From: Thermodesulfobacteriota bacterium
GTDB taxonomy: Bacteria > Desulfobacterota_D > UBA1144 > Nemesobacterales > UBA2774
NCBI GenBank assembly: GCA_965216785.1
Contig: OZ244197.1
Location: 374,828-438,827, forward strand
Direction: 5' to 3'
DNA: 64,000 nt
The notes below the pieces were generated by a model. It did not search any database, was not told the DNA's origin, and was given only the letters and a program-made list of their open reading frames with translations. Made by a program: the position numbers and the translations under genes. Below, piece after piece: positions 1-12,658 of this stretch (position 1 is its first letter; every line of letters begins with the position of its first letter).

Positions 1-3000
1 ATATGAGACTATTTCGTTCTCATCAAGTGGAGGGTCGCTCGAGAGCTGAATTTTGGGCTTTTCCGCAGTGCCCGTTATGTTTATATACACTTCGATGTTA
101 GATATCTCATAAAGCGCCCGGACATCGATAAACGGATTTATTATTTCCTTACCCCTGAAGCTCACCGTACCACCCTGGATGACAAAGAGTTTGCCCATGA
201 ACTGATATTCACCCCTTACTACATCTATGTTTCCGGTCACGATGTAAGGCTCTTTTAATTTCTTATTGATCTCGAGCCTACCCTCAACTTCGATATTAGC
301 ACCGCTTCCCTTAACCCACGAGTCTTTGGGAATATCGACATTAAGCTTCATTTCCACATACTCTATGAAATAATCTATTTCACCTTTTCCGGTATATATA
401 AACTCCTCGCGCTCAGCTTCTCTCTGGTTTACGAATTTGATATTCTCTACGACCTTAATGGGCTTTTCGGGAACGATCACCTCTATGTCCCGTGCTGTTA
501 TGTCTCCTGTGATGAGAGCGTTTAACATTTCTCCCTTAACGTCGATCTGCCCGTCCATCCTGGCCGTAACCTCAGCCGGAGTAGCCTTTACCATGAGTCC
601 GTTCAAGGCGCCCTTACCCGAGTACTTGAGAGTACGGAAATCCACACTGCCCTCAAACGTTCCTTCCCCTTCCTCAGTCAGTATTTTAAGCGGGTGGAGT
701 TTTCCCTTCTTACCGCTCATTTCAAAAACGGCCTCTGGTATTCGGAGCTTATTCGCAAGAGAGTACATTTGAAAATTTACGTCTTTTACTTCTATCTTTC
801 CGTTTATATTAGGGTCCATTCCGCTGCCCGACGCACTCAGATCGACAATTAATCTCCCGTCAATAGTTTTAAGCTCCTCGTTAAATGCTATGAGCGGGCT
901 AAGATCAATACCGTCCGATTTTATATTCGCGTTGAACGTAGTGTTCTGAAAGCTTTTTTCGAAGTCCTTTTGAGTAAGATCGACCTTGGCCTTTGCCGTA
1001 GCCGAAAGGATGGACTTTGAGTTCTCAAATACGTGAAAGCCAAGATCAATATCGCCTTTTGAGAATAGTACATCTAGGGTGATCTGATCGCTATTAAAAT
1101 TCATGTACTGCAAGTTACTCGCCTGAATACTGGCGTTTACATCAGGGAAATTGAGAGACGGCCCGAAATTGAGTACGCCAGAGACCTGACCTTTTAGGGG
1201 AAATTGAAAATTGAGGAGCTCGGAAACATCTAGAAGATCGATCTTTTTGAGCTCGATTTTTGCTTGAAGAGTGTTGTCGAATCCGACTTCGGCATCGCCT
1301 ATTATGTAATTATCCTTATGATGTAAATTAAAAGAGCGAAGTGTCAATCTATCCTTGAATATCTTTACATCCACAGGCTCCTTATTTGTAAGTACCGACT
1401 TTTCGATGTTGAGGTTGATATTATCGACTTCAAGAGCGGTCTCATCCCCCATCAGATCCCTGAGCTTAAAGTCCATTGAATATTTCCTCGTCTTAGTTTC
1501 GAGAATCTTCAAGTTACCGTCCACACCGCCTGCCGCGCTCTTTGCGTTGAACTTTACGGTCTCGATGTCTCTTCCATTAAAAAAAGTGTCCCTGAGTGTT
1601 CCGCCTGCGCGTAGACTCAGGTCTGAAAAATCAAAATTAGTGGCGCCCGACAAATCGAACCTTCTAATTTTCAATGCATCGCTGTCATAAGAGAAATCTA
1701 AACCTGTTGTTGTAAATGTGAGCTTAGGCGCATCAATGTCACCGCTCAATTTTCCTTTGGCGTTCAGAGAGCCTTGTAGCAGAGCATCCTGGGTAAATGT
1801 AGAGACGACGCTTAGGTCTTTAATATCGATATCGTAATTAATCCCGCGGGTGCCGGGACCTCCGAATGTCCCGCTCGCATTGGCGTTTATCTTATCGGAA
1901 TTAAGGACAAGCGATTTTAAAGTGAGGACGTTGTTACTAAACGAGGCATCGATTCTCCCACGCTCCAAACTCATATCAAATATACTCGAGGGCTCAAACT
2001 CGGCCTTAACCGAGCCTTCGAAATTCTGTGGAAACTCACCCTCTAAACCTAAAACACCCTTAAGCTTGAAGCTCGAGTTCAGATCGCTCTTGTATAGATC
2101 GTCCTCCAAGAGTGGGGCCAGATTGGCGTTTAAAAATTTTACATCGAAATCATAGTCCAGTGTGGAGTCGGCCAGTTTAAGCGGCCCGGTCAGATTTATT
2201 TCACCTGCGGTTCCGCTTACAATTTTAAGGTCTTTAAAATCAAAAAGCGCACTGAAAGACTCTGAGTCGCTCCAGCTACCCTTAAAGTTGATATCAGAAT
2301 TTACGTCCGCACTGTATTTTTGCGCTATTTCTTCATCACTAAGCTCCTCTGATTGCTGAAAGAGCTTTAGCACCTCCGCAGTCTGAAGCGCCTCGAGAGA
2401 TATATTTATATCAACAGTGTTATTCCCGCTTCCCTCCATCATCTCTTCCAAATAAAGACTCCCTTCAAGAGATGCCTGACCGAAATCGGTATTTAGCGTA
2501 CCCTCGGTAAAATCCAAATCATTACCCTTAATGATGATCCTATCTACCCCACCCCCGATTTTTGTATCCATAAGCAGCGAATCCACAAGCTTAAGCTCGG
2601 CTGTGGCGTCAATCTCTTCATAGTCCTTATATAGACCCCTGGTTTTTATCTCAAGATTAACACTTCCCGCATCTCCAAGATCAATACCCAGAGCTGAGGC
2701 TTTGAAATTGAAGCTCGGATTTTCAAACTTTCTGATCGTGCCCTCTAGAGAGACGTCCGCACGACCGAGAAGAAAGCTCAGGTGCTTTATACTGAGCTTG
2801 TCCATTTTTTCGTTTATTGAGTAAGTAGCTTTTCCTGAAGCTTCATTAAGGTGTACCTCGAAGTTCTCCTGATCGTGATATCTGGCAATCAGATCACCGT
2901 TATCGAGTTCCACCTCAATATTCTCTATCAATTTCAGCACCTTGAGGCTCAAATCCAGGTTGTTGAGCTCGTACTCTATGAGCTCGTTCTTGATACGGTC

Positions 3001-3489
3001 GTTTACGAATATTCTGACATCTGACCCCTTGGCGTTTTGAATAAAGACGTTCCAATCTGTGGGATCACGCCACTCGCGGGGCTTGAAAGGCTCGAGCACC
3101 TCGTAGTTCCATGATTTGTCAGGGTAATAAATCAGGTTTAGGCGCAGCCCCTTTGTAGTCAATTTTTCTATCGGGATCAGCTTACTGAATAGAGTGGAGC
3201 TATCGAGCATCAATGGAAGGGAATAGTCTATAAAAATTTCATCTATATCGAGAAAGTCCTCGTTGTCGATTTTAAAGCTGACGTCCTTGAGCACAACTCC
3301 GCGTAAAAAATTCCCTTCTATGCTGCCGATGTAGAATTCCTGATCGGTGAGTGCATTAATTACGGAGTTTGCGGATACTCTGACGAATTCCCTAAAATAG
3401 CGGGTCTGTACCAAAAAAAACAGGATTGCCGCTAATAAAGCAAGTATCAATAGGAATATTCCGATAGGCTTGAGTACGGTTGAGCGCAT
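1..3489 (-). CDS. AsmA/TamB-like large envelope protein, N-terminal ~1160 codons (3' end runs off the window edge)
   Basis: Not in the ORF track because no stop lies inside the window. Manual reverse-complement translation from ATG at 3489 gives MRSTVLKPIGIFLLILALLAAILFFLVQTRYFREFVRVSANSVINALTDQEFYIGSIEGNFLRG...; the first ~60 codons were checked base by base, and reading on further by eye I met no stop (rest not re-verified base by base). The ORF track lists no complete minus-strand ORF and only short plus-strand ORFs in this span. N-terminal TM helix then a long beta-rich region, same architecture as CDS 29021..32722. Confidence 0.7.
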   Translation of the reverse strand, partial: MRSTVLKPIGIFLLILALLAAILFFLVQTRYFREFVRVSANSVINALTDQEFYIGSIEGNFLRGVVLKDVSFKIDNEDFLDIDEIFIDYSLPLMLDSSTLFSKLIPIEKLTTKGLRLNLIYYPDKSWNYEVLEPFKPREWRDPTDWNVFIQNAKGSDVRIFVNDRIKNELIEYELNNLDLSLKVLKLIENIEVELDNGDLIARYHDQENFEVHLNEASGKATYSINEKMDKLSIKHLSFLLGRADVSLEGTIRKFENPSFNFKASALGIDLGDAGSVNLEIKTRGLYKDYEEIDATAELKLVDSLLMDTKIGGGVDRIIIKGNDLDFTEGTLNTDFGQASLEGSLYLEEMMEGSGNNTVDINISLEALQTAEVLKLFQQSEELSDEEIAQKYSADVNSDINFKGSWSDSESFSALFDFKDLKIVSGTAGEINLTGPLKLADSTLDYDFDVKFLNANLAPLLEDDLYKSDLNSSFKLKGVLGLEGEFPQNFEGSVKAEFEPSSIFDMSLERGRIDASFSNNVLTLKSLVLNSDKINANASGTFGGPGTRGINYDIDIKDLSVVSTFTQDALLQGSLNAKGKLSGDIDAPKLTFTTTGLDFSYDSDALKIRRFDLSGATNFDFSDLSLRAGGTLRDTFFNGRDIETVKFNAKSAAGGVDGNLKILETKTRKYSMDFKLRDLMGDETALEVDNINLNIEKSVLTNKEPVDVKIFKDRLTLRSFNLHHKDNYIIGDAEVGFDNTLQAKIELKKIDLLDVSELLNFQFPLKGQVSGVLNFGPSLNFPDVNASIQASNLQYMNFNSDQITLDVLFSKGDIDLGFHVFENSKSILSATAKAKVDLTQKDFEKSFQNTTFNANIKSDGIDLSPLIAFNEELKTIDGRLIVDLSASGSGMDPNINGKIEVKDVNFQMYSLANKLRIPEAVFEMSGKKGKLHPLKILTEEGEGTFEGSVDFRTLKYSGKGALNGLMVKATPAEVTARMDGQIDVKGEMLNALITGDITARDIEVIVPEKPIKVVENIKFVNQREAEREEFIYTGKGEIDYFIEYVEMKLNVDIPKDSWVKGSGANIEVEGRLEINKKLKEPYIVTGNIDVVRGEYQFMGKLFVIQGGTVSFRGKEIINPFIDVRALYEISNIEVYINITGTAEKPKIQLSSDPPLDENEIVSY

Positions 3490-3694
3490 GTCTCTAACTC
3501 TGAATTATAACATAAGGGCCTAAAAAAAGAATTAAAATCGGGCTTTTACAGCTAAAACGAAAACCGAAACTTAATATTCATAGCTACAAAGACTTAAGCC
3601 CTGAACTCTACAATTAAATATACCCAACACCTGGGGGAAAAGAGCTGTATTGAGGGCTTATGTGCTTATCTTAACCCTGTCTTAATATTAGAAC

Positions 3695-3723
3695 TTGCTA
3701 AGCCAATAATGCTCAGATAATAT
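3695..3723 (+). promoter_or_regulatory. candidate sigma-70 promoter for nuoG-nuoH
   Basis: TTGCTA, 17-bp spacer, TAATAT, about 35 bp upstream of the nuoG ATG. Confidence 0.3.
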
Positions 3724-3756
3724 TCTCAGGACTCTAGATTTACCATAAATTCCCCT

Positions 3757-5361
3757 ATGCCTAAACTAACTATAGACGGAAAGGAATTAGAGGTTGAAGA
3801 CGGCCTGAATCTGATTGAGGCCGCCTCGCGAATCGGGGTGGAAATACCCCATTTTTGCTATCATCCCGCGCTTAGCGTAGTGGCGCAGTGCAGACAATGC
3901 TTGGTAGAGGTGGAAGGTGTGCCTAAGGTAATGCCCGCCTGTAATACTTACGTGAGAGAAGGGCTTATAGTTAAGACAAATTCAGAGCGTGCCGTAGAGG
4001 CCAGAAAGGCAACAGTTGAATTTACACTTATCAACCACCCGCTCGACTGTCCGATCTGCGATAAAGGCGGTGAATGCCCGCTTCAGATGACCACAGTCTC
4101 ACACGGACCCGGTTACAGCCGCTTTGAAGGCCCTGAGGAAAAGAAGGTAAGACAGAAATATTACCTGAGCGATAAAATTATATATGACCCCAACCGCTGC
4201 ATTATGTGTACAAGGTGCGTAAGGTTTACGGATGAGGTGACACAAACGGGCGAGCTTGGATATGAGGGAAGAGGATTCAGGAAGAAAATCGTGGTTTTCC
4301 CCGGAAAGAATCTGGATAACGAGCTTTCCGGAAACGTTACCGACCTTTGCCCCGTGGGCGCGCTGCTTAATAAAGATACGCTTCATAAGGAGCGAGTCTG
4401 GTATTGGAAATTCACGGATACTGTGTGCTCGCTTTGTAGTAACGGCTGCAACATAACAGTCGGAGTAGACCCGAGAAAGGGAAAAGTCGCCAGAGTGAGA
4501 CCTAGAACGAATACGGATGTTAACGACTACTGGATATGCGATAGGGGCCGCTATGAGTGGACAGATATACAGGACGCGGATAAACGCCTTAAGGACCCTA
4601 TTATAAGAAGGGGCGAGGGGTATGAGATAACGGATTGGGAAGAGGCGTTAAGCTTCACGGCTGAAAGGCTTGTTGAGGAAAGTCGTAAGCCTCTGCAATC
4701 AATCGCATTTTTAACCTCGGCAGCATTAACCAACGAAGAGCTTTATCTGTTTAAAAAAATTGGAGAAACGCTGGGAAGCAATAATATCGCTTCTAGCATA
4801 GGCCTTATTAACGATAAAAAGACTTTTGGCCTGCTCAGCTCGGATCCCTACCCTAACAGCACGGGAGTGAAGGACCTGGGGTATCCATACGGTTCGAACA
4901 TGGTTTTTGAGGTCATAGAGTCAATTATGGAAGGCAAGATTAAATCCCTCTATACGGCCGGAATAGATATTTTTGATTTTGTGAAGCAAGAGGATAAGCC
5001 AAGGCTAAGTGACGCGCTATCCAGGCTCTCTTTATTCGTAGCTCAGGATGTAATGCTTACCGAGACGCTCAGACTTTCGCACGTGATACTCCCCGGAGCA
5101 AGCGCATATGAAAAAGACGGCACATTTACAAACGACAGGGGAAGGGTGCAGAGAGTAAGAAAGGCGATAACGCCTCCCGGCACCGCGAAAGCGGACTGGG
5201 AGATACTATCACTAATAGGAAAAGAGATCGACGAAACGCTATTTGGCTACAAAGACCCGGGAGACGTCATGGACTCTATTGCCAGCGAGTTTCCGGCATA
5301 CGGTGGTATATCCTACGATAATATCGGAATGCTCGGTATAATGAGATCGGGCCCGGCTTGA
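3757..5361 (+). CDS. nuoG: NADH-quinone oxidoreductase subunit G (75 kDa Fe-S subunit), short form (534 aa)
   Basis: N-terminal 2Fe-2S ferredoxin-like region (HFCYHP...CRQC), then Cys clusters HPLDCPICDKGGECPLQ, CIMCTRCVRF, CPVGAL typical of NuoG/Nqo3. Confidence 0.85.
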   Translation: MPKLTIDGKELEVEDGLNLIEAASRIGVEIPHFCYHPALSVVAQCRQCLVEVEGVPKVMPACNTYVREGLIVKTNSERAVEARKATVEFTLINHPLDCPICDKGGECPLQMTTVSHGPGYSRFEGPEEKKVRQKYYLSDKIIYDPNRCIMCTRCVRFTDEVTQTGELGYEGRGFRKKIVVFPGKNLDNELSGNVTDLCPVGALLNKDTLHKERVWYWKFTDTVCSLCSNGCNITVGVDPRKGKVARVRPRTNTDVNDYWICDRGRYEWTDIQDADKRLKDPIIRRGEGYEITDWEEALSFTAERLVEESRKPLQSIAFLTSAALTNEELYLFKKIGETLGSNNIASSIGLINDKKTFGLLSSDPYPNSTGVKDLGYPYGSNMVFEVIESIMEGKIKSLYTAGIDIFDFVKQEDKPRLSDALSRLSLFVAQDVMLTETLRLSHVILPGASAYEKDGTFTNDRGRVQRVRKAITPPGTAKADWEILSLIGKEIDETLFGYKDPGDVMDSIASEFPAYGGISYDNIGMLGIMRSGPA

Positions 5362-5377
5362 GGAATAAAAACTACAC

Positions 5378-6442
5378 ATGATTTATGCAGAACTGGGATT
5401 TACGCTCTTAAAAATTGCCCTTCTTTTATTCGTAGTGCTTACGCTCGTAGCGTACCTGACGCTTGCGGAGAGACGCGTGAGCGCGTTTATACAGGACAGG
5501 CTGGGCCCGAACCGAGTGGGCCCGTTCGGCTTTCTGCAGCCGCTTGCAGACGGTATCAAATTTATATTTAAAGAAGATATAGTCCCGAAAGAGGCAAACA
5601 GACCTCTATTTATAGTGGCGCCCGCCTTTGCATTGGTTACAGCGCTTATAGCCCTTGCAGTAGTGCCGATCGGAAGGGGTTTTGAAACAGACGTATTCGG
5701 CCTGCTACAGGAGCCTCTGTTTGTGAAGCTTCAGATTGCGGACTTAAACGTAGGTGTGCTTTACGTGCTCGCTATCGGGTCTTTGAGTGTATATGGAGTT
5801 GTGCTCGGAGGCTGGGCGTCAAACAGTAAATACTCTTTTCTCGGAGGACTCAGGGGCGCGGCGCAAATGATAAGCTATGAGCTTGCTATGGGTATATCCA
5901 TACTGGGCGTTATTGCGTGGACAGGGTCACTCAGGCTTCAAGATATAATAGAAGCTCAGTCACATTACTGGTTTATATTCCCTCAGATACTTGGCGGCAT
6001 AGTATTCATAATAGCCGCGTTTGCGGAGACAAACAGGCTGCCGTTCGATATGCCCGAAGCAGAGCCCGAGATTGTGGCAGGCTATCACACGGAGTACAGC
6101 AGTATGAAATTTGCCATGTTCTTTATGGCAGAGTACACGCACATGATTGTGGTGTCGTGCCTCGTAGTGGCGCTCTTTTTCGGCGGGTGGTACCCGCTTC
6201 CCTGGGGAGGCTGGTTCGGAATAGATATAGATACGTACTGGTATCTGCCGCCGCTCGTATTCGTAGGAAAGGTGCTCGCGTTCCTGTTCTTTTTCATCTG
6301 GGTAAGGTTCACCCTGCCCCGCTTCCGCTATGATCAGGTGATGAACCTCGGTTGGAAAGTACTCTTCCCCATAGCCATACTGAACATCATCGTGATCAGT
6401 ATAGCCATCCTGGTGCTTCAGCACTATGGGTATCTTAGCTGA
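5378..6442 (+). CDS. nuoH: NADH-quinone oxidoreductase subunit H
   Basis: Polytopic membrane protein, 354 aa, 16 bp after nuoG; overall pattern fits NuoH/ND1 (YLTLAERRVSAFIQDRLGPNRVGPFG). Confidence 0.9.
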   Translation: MIYAELGFTLLKIALLLFVVLTLVAYLTLAERRVSAFIQDRLGPNRVGPFGFLQPLADGIKFIFKEDIVPKEANRPLFIVAPAFALVTALIALAVVPIGRGFETDVFGLLQEPLFVKLQIADLNVGVLYVLAIGSLSVYGVVLGGWASNSKYSFLGGLRGAAQMISYELAMGISILGVIAWTGSLRLQDIIEAQSHYWFIFPQILGGIVFIIAAFAETNRLPFDMPEAEPEIVAGYHTEYSSMKFAMFFMAEYTHMIVVSCLVVALFFGGWYPLPWGGWFGIDIDTYWYLPPLVFVGKVLAFLFFFIWVRFTLPRFRYDQVMNLGWKVLFPIAILNIIVISIAILVLQHYGYLS

Positions 6443-6488
6443 TTCTATCTTTTAAATATTGAATTAGGGTAAAACGAGAGCGGTTAAG

Positions 6489-6851
6489 CTAATCGTCCTT
6501 CTGAACCATCGTGATTTCGTCTTTTTTATTGGGCACGACGCACAGGAACTCAAAAGGCTCGTCGCTGAGCACTTCGTAAAAGTGGGGTACGCCCGCGGGG
6601 ATAAAAACGACGTCGTCTTTCTCGACTTCGAATACCTCATCTCCGATCCCGATTTTAGCTCTGCCGCTTAGCACATACTGTTCGTGCTCAACGGTATTGG
6701 TGTGAGCTGGTATGCCACCACCGGGCTCCATTACAAACCGCCTCATTGCGAAGTTAGGCGACTCGTCAGGGCCGATTAGCACCTGAGTATGGGTTAGCCT
6801 TCCAGCTTCGACTTTTTTCAGGCTTATATCGTTTATGTTTTTTACAGGCAT
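6489..6851 (-). CDS. cupin domain protein
   Basis: 120 aa; cupin-like His/Glu motif region (GGGIPAHTNTVEHEQYVLSG ... FIPAGVPH). Confidence 0.6.
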   Translation of the reverse strand: MPVKNINDISLKKVEAGRLTHTQVLIGPDESPNFAMRRFVMEPGGGIPAHTNTVEHEQYVLSGRAKIGIGDEVFEVEKDDVVFIPAGVPHFYEVLSDEPFEFLCVVPNKKDEITMVQKDD

Positions 6852-6863
6852 TAAAGTTTGAGT

Positions 6864-9338
<2,475 letters not shown>

Positions 9339-9518
9339 CTACCTCCGTGCAAATGCTGGGTGGGGAACTAATGGACTTGTATTATACCATGGCAGAGATA
9401 AAAAGTAAAATAAAATCAGGGGGTTTGATCACATTTCCGTCTCAAAATACTAGGCCGAAAAAGCTCATAAATTATAGGGTGTTACAGCGGGGTCGAAGCG
9501 GACCCGCAGCGCTCTTCT

Positions 9519-10073
9519 CTAAAGCTTGGGAGGCGTGATGCCGACCTGGTTCTGATACTTCCCTTTTTTATCGGCGTAAGAGACTTCACATAGCTCATCA
9601 GATTCGAAAAACAGCACCTGCGCTATACCCTCGTTTGCGTAAATTTTTGCCGGAAGAGGGGTAGTATTTGATATCTCCAAAGTCACAAAACCTTCCCATT
9701 CGGGCTCGAATGGAGTTACGTTTACGATTATACCGCACCTTGCGTAAGTGGACTTGCCTACACAAAGGGTTATGGTGCTTCTGGGAATCCTAAAGTACTC
9801 GACCGTTCTGGCCAGCGCGAAAGAATTAGGAGGAATCATGCATATGTCCGACTTGATCTCCACAAAGGATTTATCGTCAAAATCCTTGGGGTCGACAACC
9901 GAGTTGTGGACATTCGTGAATACCTTAAATTCATCGCTCACCCTGATGTCGTAACCGTATGCGGAAAGCCCGTAAGAAATGGATCCGTCTCTTACCTGCC
10001 CGTCTACAAAAGGCTCGATCATCTTGTGCTCTAATGCCATTTTTCTTATCCAGTGGTCGGGTCTTACTGACAT
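9519..10073 (-). CDS. dcd: dCTP deaminase
   Basis: 184 aa; dUTPase-fold Dcd-like sequence (SAYGYDIRV ... [16 protein letters not shown]). Confidence 0.85.
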   Translation of the reverse strand: MSVRPDHWIRKMALEHKMIEPFVDGQVRDGSISYGLSAYGYDIRVSDEFKVFTNVHNSVVDPKDFDDKSFVEIKSDICMIPPNSFALARTVEYFRIPRSTITLCVGKSTYARCGIIVNVTPFEPEWEGFVTLEISNTTPLPAKIYANEGIAQVLFFESDELCEVSYADKKGKYQNQVGITPPKL

Positions 10074-10146
10074 ATCTCTTAGCTCCTTTAGGTTCTTATG
10101 CTATGAAATTTAGAGGCATAGTACCATAGATCGAAATTTTTCACAA

Positions 10147-11166
10147 TCACATAAACTGCTTTAAAAATCTGATATCGTTCTCAAAAAAGAGCCTGATATC
10201 GTTTATACCGAATTTAAGCATGGTAATCCGCTCAATACCCATTCCGAATGCAAACCCGCTGTATTTATCCGCGTCATAACCTACGCTCTTGTATACCTCC
10301 GGGTCTACCATTCCGCATCCTAGAATCTCAAGCCACCCGGTTTCCTTGCATACCCTGCAGCCCTGCCCTCCGCAAATTACGCACTCTATATCGACCTCCG
10401 CACTCGGCTCGGTAAAAGGGAAAAACGAGGGTCTGAACCGAACGCCCAAGTCTTCACCGAACACAAGCCTCAGAAACTCCGTTATTACCCCTTTAAGGTC
10501 ACCAAAAGTAACATTCTCGTCCACAAGAAGCCCTTCTATCTGATGAAACATGGGAGTGTGGGATACGTCGCTGTCGCAGCGATAGACTCTACCGGGGGCG
10601 ATTATTTTTACGGGCGGCTCCTGAGTCTCCATTACCCGTATCTGAACAGGAGAGGTATGGGTCCTCAGCACTACTTCGTCTGAGACGTAGAAGGTATCCT
10701 GCATATCGCGAGCCGGGTGATTCCGGGGGATATTCAGGGCCTCAAAATTATAGTAGTCACTCTCAACCTCGGGGCCTTCGGCAACCTGAAACCCCATCCG
10801 CTGAAATATATCTATTATTTCTTCCATTACCTGCGTTACAGGGTGAAGCGCCCCCGATGTCACACCCCTTCCGGGAAGTGTGACATCGATTTTCTCTTGC
10901 GACAGGGCTTGTTTCTTCTTTTCATTTCTCAGGCTTTCAAATTTACTATCGAATAAGCCCTCGATGACAACCTTTGTTTCGTTTACGAGCTTACCCATTT
11001 TAGGCCGCTCGCTGTCCGAAAGGTCCTTCATGCCTTTTAGGATTTCAGTAAGGACGCCCTTTCTGCCGACGTACTTAGCTTTAAGGTTTTGGAGCGTAGC
11101 TTCGTCCCCTACGCTTACAAGCGCGGCTTCTACCTCTTCTCGAAGTGCCTGAAGTTTTTCTTCCAT
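10147..11166 (-). CDS. pheS: phenylalanine--tRNA ligase alpha subunit
   Basis: 339 aa; class II aaRS motifs (FHQIEGLLVD, GFAFGMGIERITMLKFGI). Confidence 0.9.
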   Translation of the reverse strand: MEEKLQALREEVEAALVSVGDEATLQNLKAKYVGRKGVLTEILKGMKDLSDSERPKMGKLVNETKVVIEGLFDSKFESLRNEKKKQALSQEKIDVTLPGRGVTSGALHPVTQVMEEIIDIFQRMGFQVAEGPEVESDYYNFEALNIPRNHPARDMQDTFYVSDEVVLRTHTSPVQIRVMETQEPPVKIIAPGRVYRCDSDVSHTPMFHQIEGLLVDENVTFGDLKGVITEFLRLVFGEDLGVRFRPSFFPFTEPSAEVDIECVICGGQGCRVCKETGWLEILGCGMVDPEVYKSVGYDADKYSGFAFGMGIERITMLKFGINDIRLFFENDIRFLKQFM

Positions 11167-11168
11167 TC

Positions 11169-11675
11169 CTAATTCCTTACAACAGAGACTATTGTAATTA
11201 CTATCATTGCCATGCCTAACGCGCCTTTTGAAATGCTGCCTCCCATCCTTCCGAGAAACGCTCCCCAGCCTGATTTCATTGCGCTGTCTAGCTTTTTTTG
11301 TATAAATAAATCAACTAAAAACGCCCCCACGAAAGCCCCTATGAATGCGCCGATGACGGCTCCTATGCCCAAAAAAAACGGTAGACCCATGATGCCGCCG
11401 GCGATTCCGAAAACGATGGAGCCTATGATTGCTTTATTACTGGCTTTATATTTCTTAGCACCGTAAATACCCAGCACAAACTCAATTAGCTCTCCTAGAA
11501 GCGCAAGCGCTGTAAGCACGAATAACACGGTGACCGTAACGTCGTGAAATCCCCCGTACCACGCGAGTAATATTGAAGCGCCAAGGATTATATAATTACC
11601 CGGAAGTCCGAACACATGGGAAATTAAGCCGAAAAATGACACAAGTAAGAATAAGAAAAATATAACATAATCCAT
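11169..11675 (-). CDS. DUF456-like small membrane protein
   Basis: 168 aa, very hydrophobic and Gly-rich with GLPGNYIIL; 2 bp upstream of pheS on the same strand. Confidence 0.6.
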   Translation of the reverse strand: MDYVIFFLFLLVSFFGLISHVFGLPGNYIILGASILLAWYGGFHDVTVTVLFVLTALALLGELIEFVLGIYGAKKYKASNKAIIGSIVFGIAGGIMGLPFFLGIGAVIGAFIGAFVGAFLVDLFIQKKLDSAMKSGWGAFLGRMGGSISKGALGMAMIVITIVSVVRN

Positions 11676-11715
11676 GACTTGATTAAGGGCTTTGACGAGC
11701 CCGCCTAAATACTGC

Positions 11716-12633
11716 TCAAGCGGCCTTGCCCTTTCTATGTCTCCAGAAAATTACAAATGAGCTGGCCACGAATATTGACGAGTAAGTACCCACAATCGCT
11801 CCTACTATGAGTGTGAAGGTGAAATCATGAATGACCGAGCCTCCCAAAATGAATAACGGTATAAGTACTAAGAATACAGTAACACTCGTAAGAATCGTTC
11901 TGGAGAGAGTCTGATTTATACCTTCGTTGACAATTTCTCTGAAGCTTGTTTTTTCGCTCTTTTTGAGATTTTCCCTTATTCGGTCGAATATAACTATCGT
12001 GTCGTTCACAGAAAAACCGATCACTGTCAGAAGCGCCGCAACTATGGCGAGAGAGAACTCTTTATCCGTTATGGATATGGCACCGAGTGTAATAATAGTA
12101 TCGTGTATAAGGGCTATAACGGCTCCCATGGCAAAGCCAAATTCAAAACGGAACATTATATATATGAGTATCCCTACACAGCCAAGCAGAATCGATATTA
12201 TGGCTTTGGATATCAGCTCTGAGCCCACTCTGGGCCCGATGTAGTCGACCCTTAGTATGGAGCCCCCTTTAAACTCGGGATTATCCTTCATTATCCCTTC
12301 GAGTTTTGATTGAAAACCCTGTATCTCATCAAATTTCACAGTGTCGGGTGAGAAGCGGATTAAATACTCGTTATCACCCGTAAGCCCTAGCCTCTGAACA
12401 GCCTCAGGGGCGTAACCTGTGGATTCAAGGACTTTTTCTACCTGATTTAGCTGGAGGTCCTTCTGTAGCTTTATATGTATTTCTGTGCCGCCCGTAAACT
12501 CAACTCCCCAATTTGGGCCTTTATGATAGATAAGAGATAGGATGGATATTATGATTAGGGCGATAGATATAAAAGACGCCTTCTTCATCATACCCACAAA
12601 GTTGACATGGGTGCCGGGTTTAATTAATTCCAA
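11716..12633 (-). CDS. secF: protein translocase subunit SecF
   Basis: 305 aa; NWGVEFTGGT motif and SecDF-type TM bundle; directly downstream of secD. Confidence 0.9.
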   Translation of the reverse strand: MELIKPGTHVNFVGMMKKASFISIALIIISILSLIYHKGPNWGVEFTGGTEIHIKLQKDLQLNQVEKVLESTGYAPEAVQRLGLTGDNEYLIRFSPDTVKFDEIQGFQSKLEGIMKDNPEFKGGSILRVDYIGPRVGSELISKAIISILLGCVGILIYIMFRFEFGFAMGAVIALIHDTIITLGAISITDKEFSLAIVAALLTVIGFSVNDTIVIFDRIRENLKKSEKTSFREIVNEGINQTLSRTILTSVTVFLVLIPLFILGGSVIHDFTFTLIVGAIVGTYSSIFVASSFVIFWRHRKGKAA

Positions 12634-12658
12634 GTTAGTGAAACCTCCTCAAGTTCTC

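Noticed and set aside
4099-6424. Several 60-154 aa ORFs on both strands inside nuoG and nuoH (4099..4386, 4256..4456, 4551..4733, 5917..6333, 5960..6424, 6085..6312)
   Set aside because: They lie entirely inside well-supported genes, in alternative or antisense frames, with low-complexity or Arg/Ser-rich translations; typical frame artefacts.
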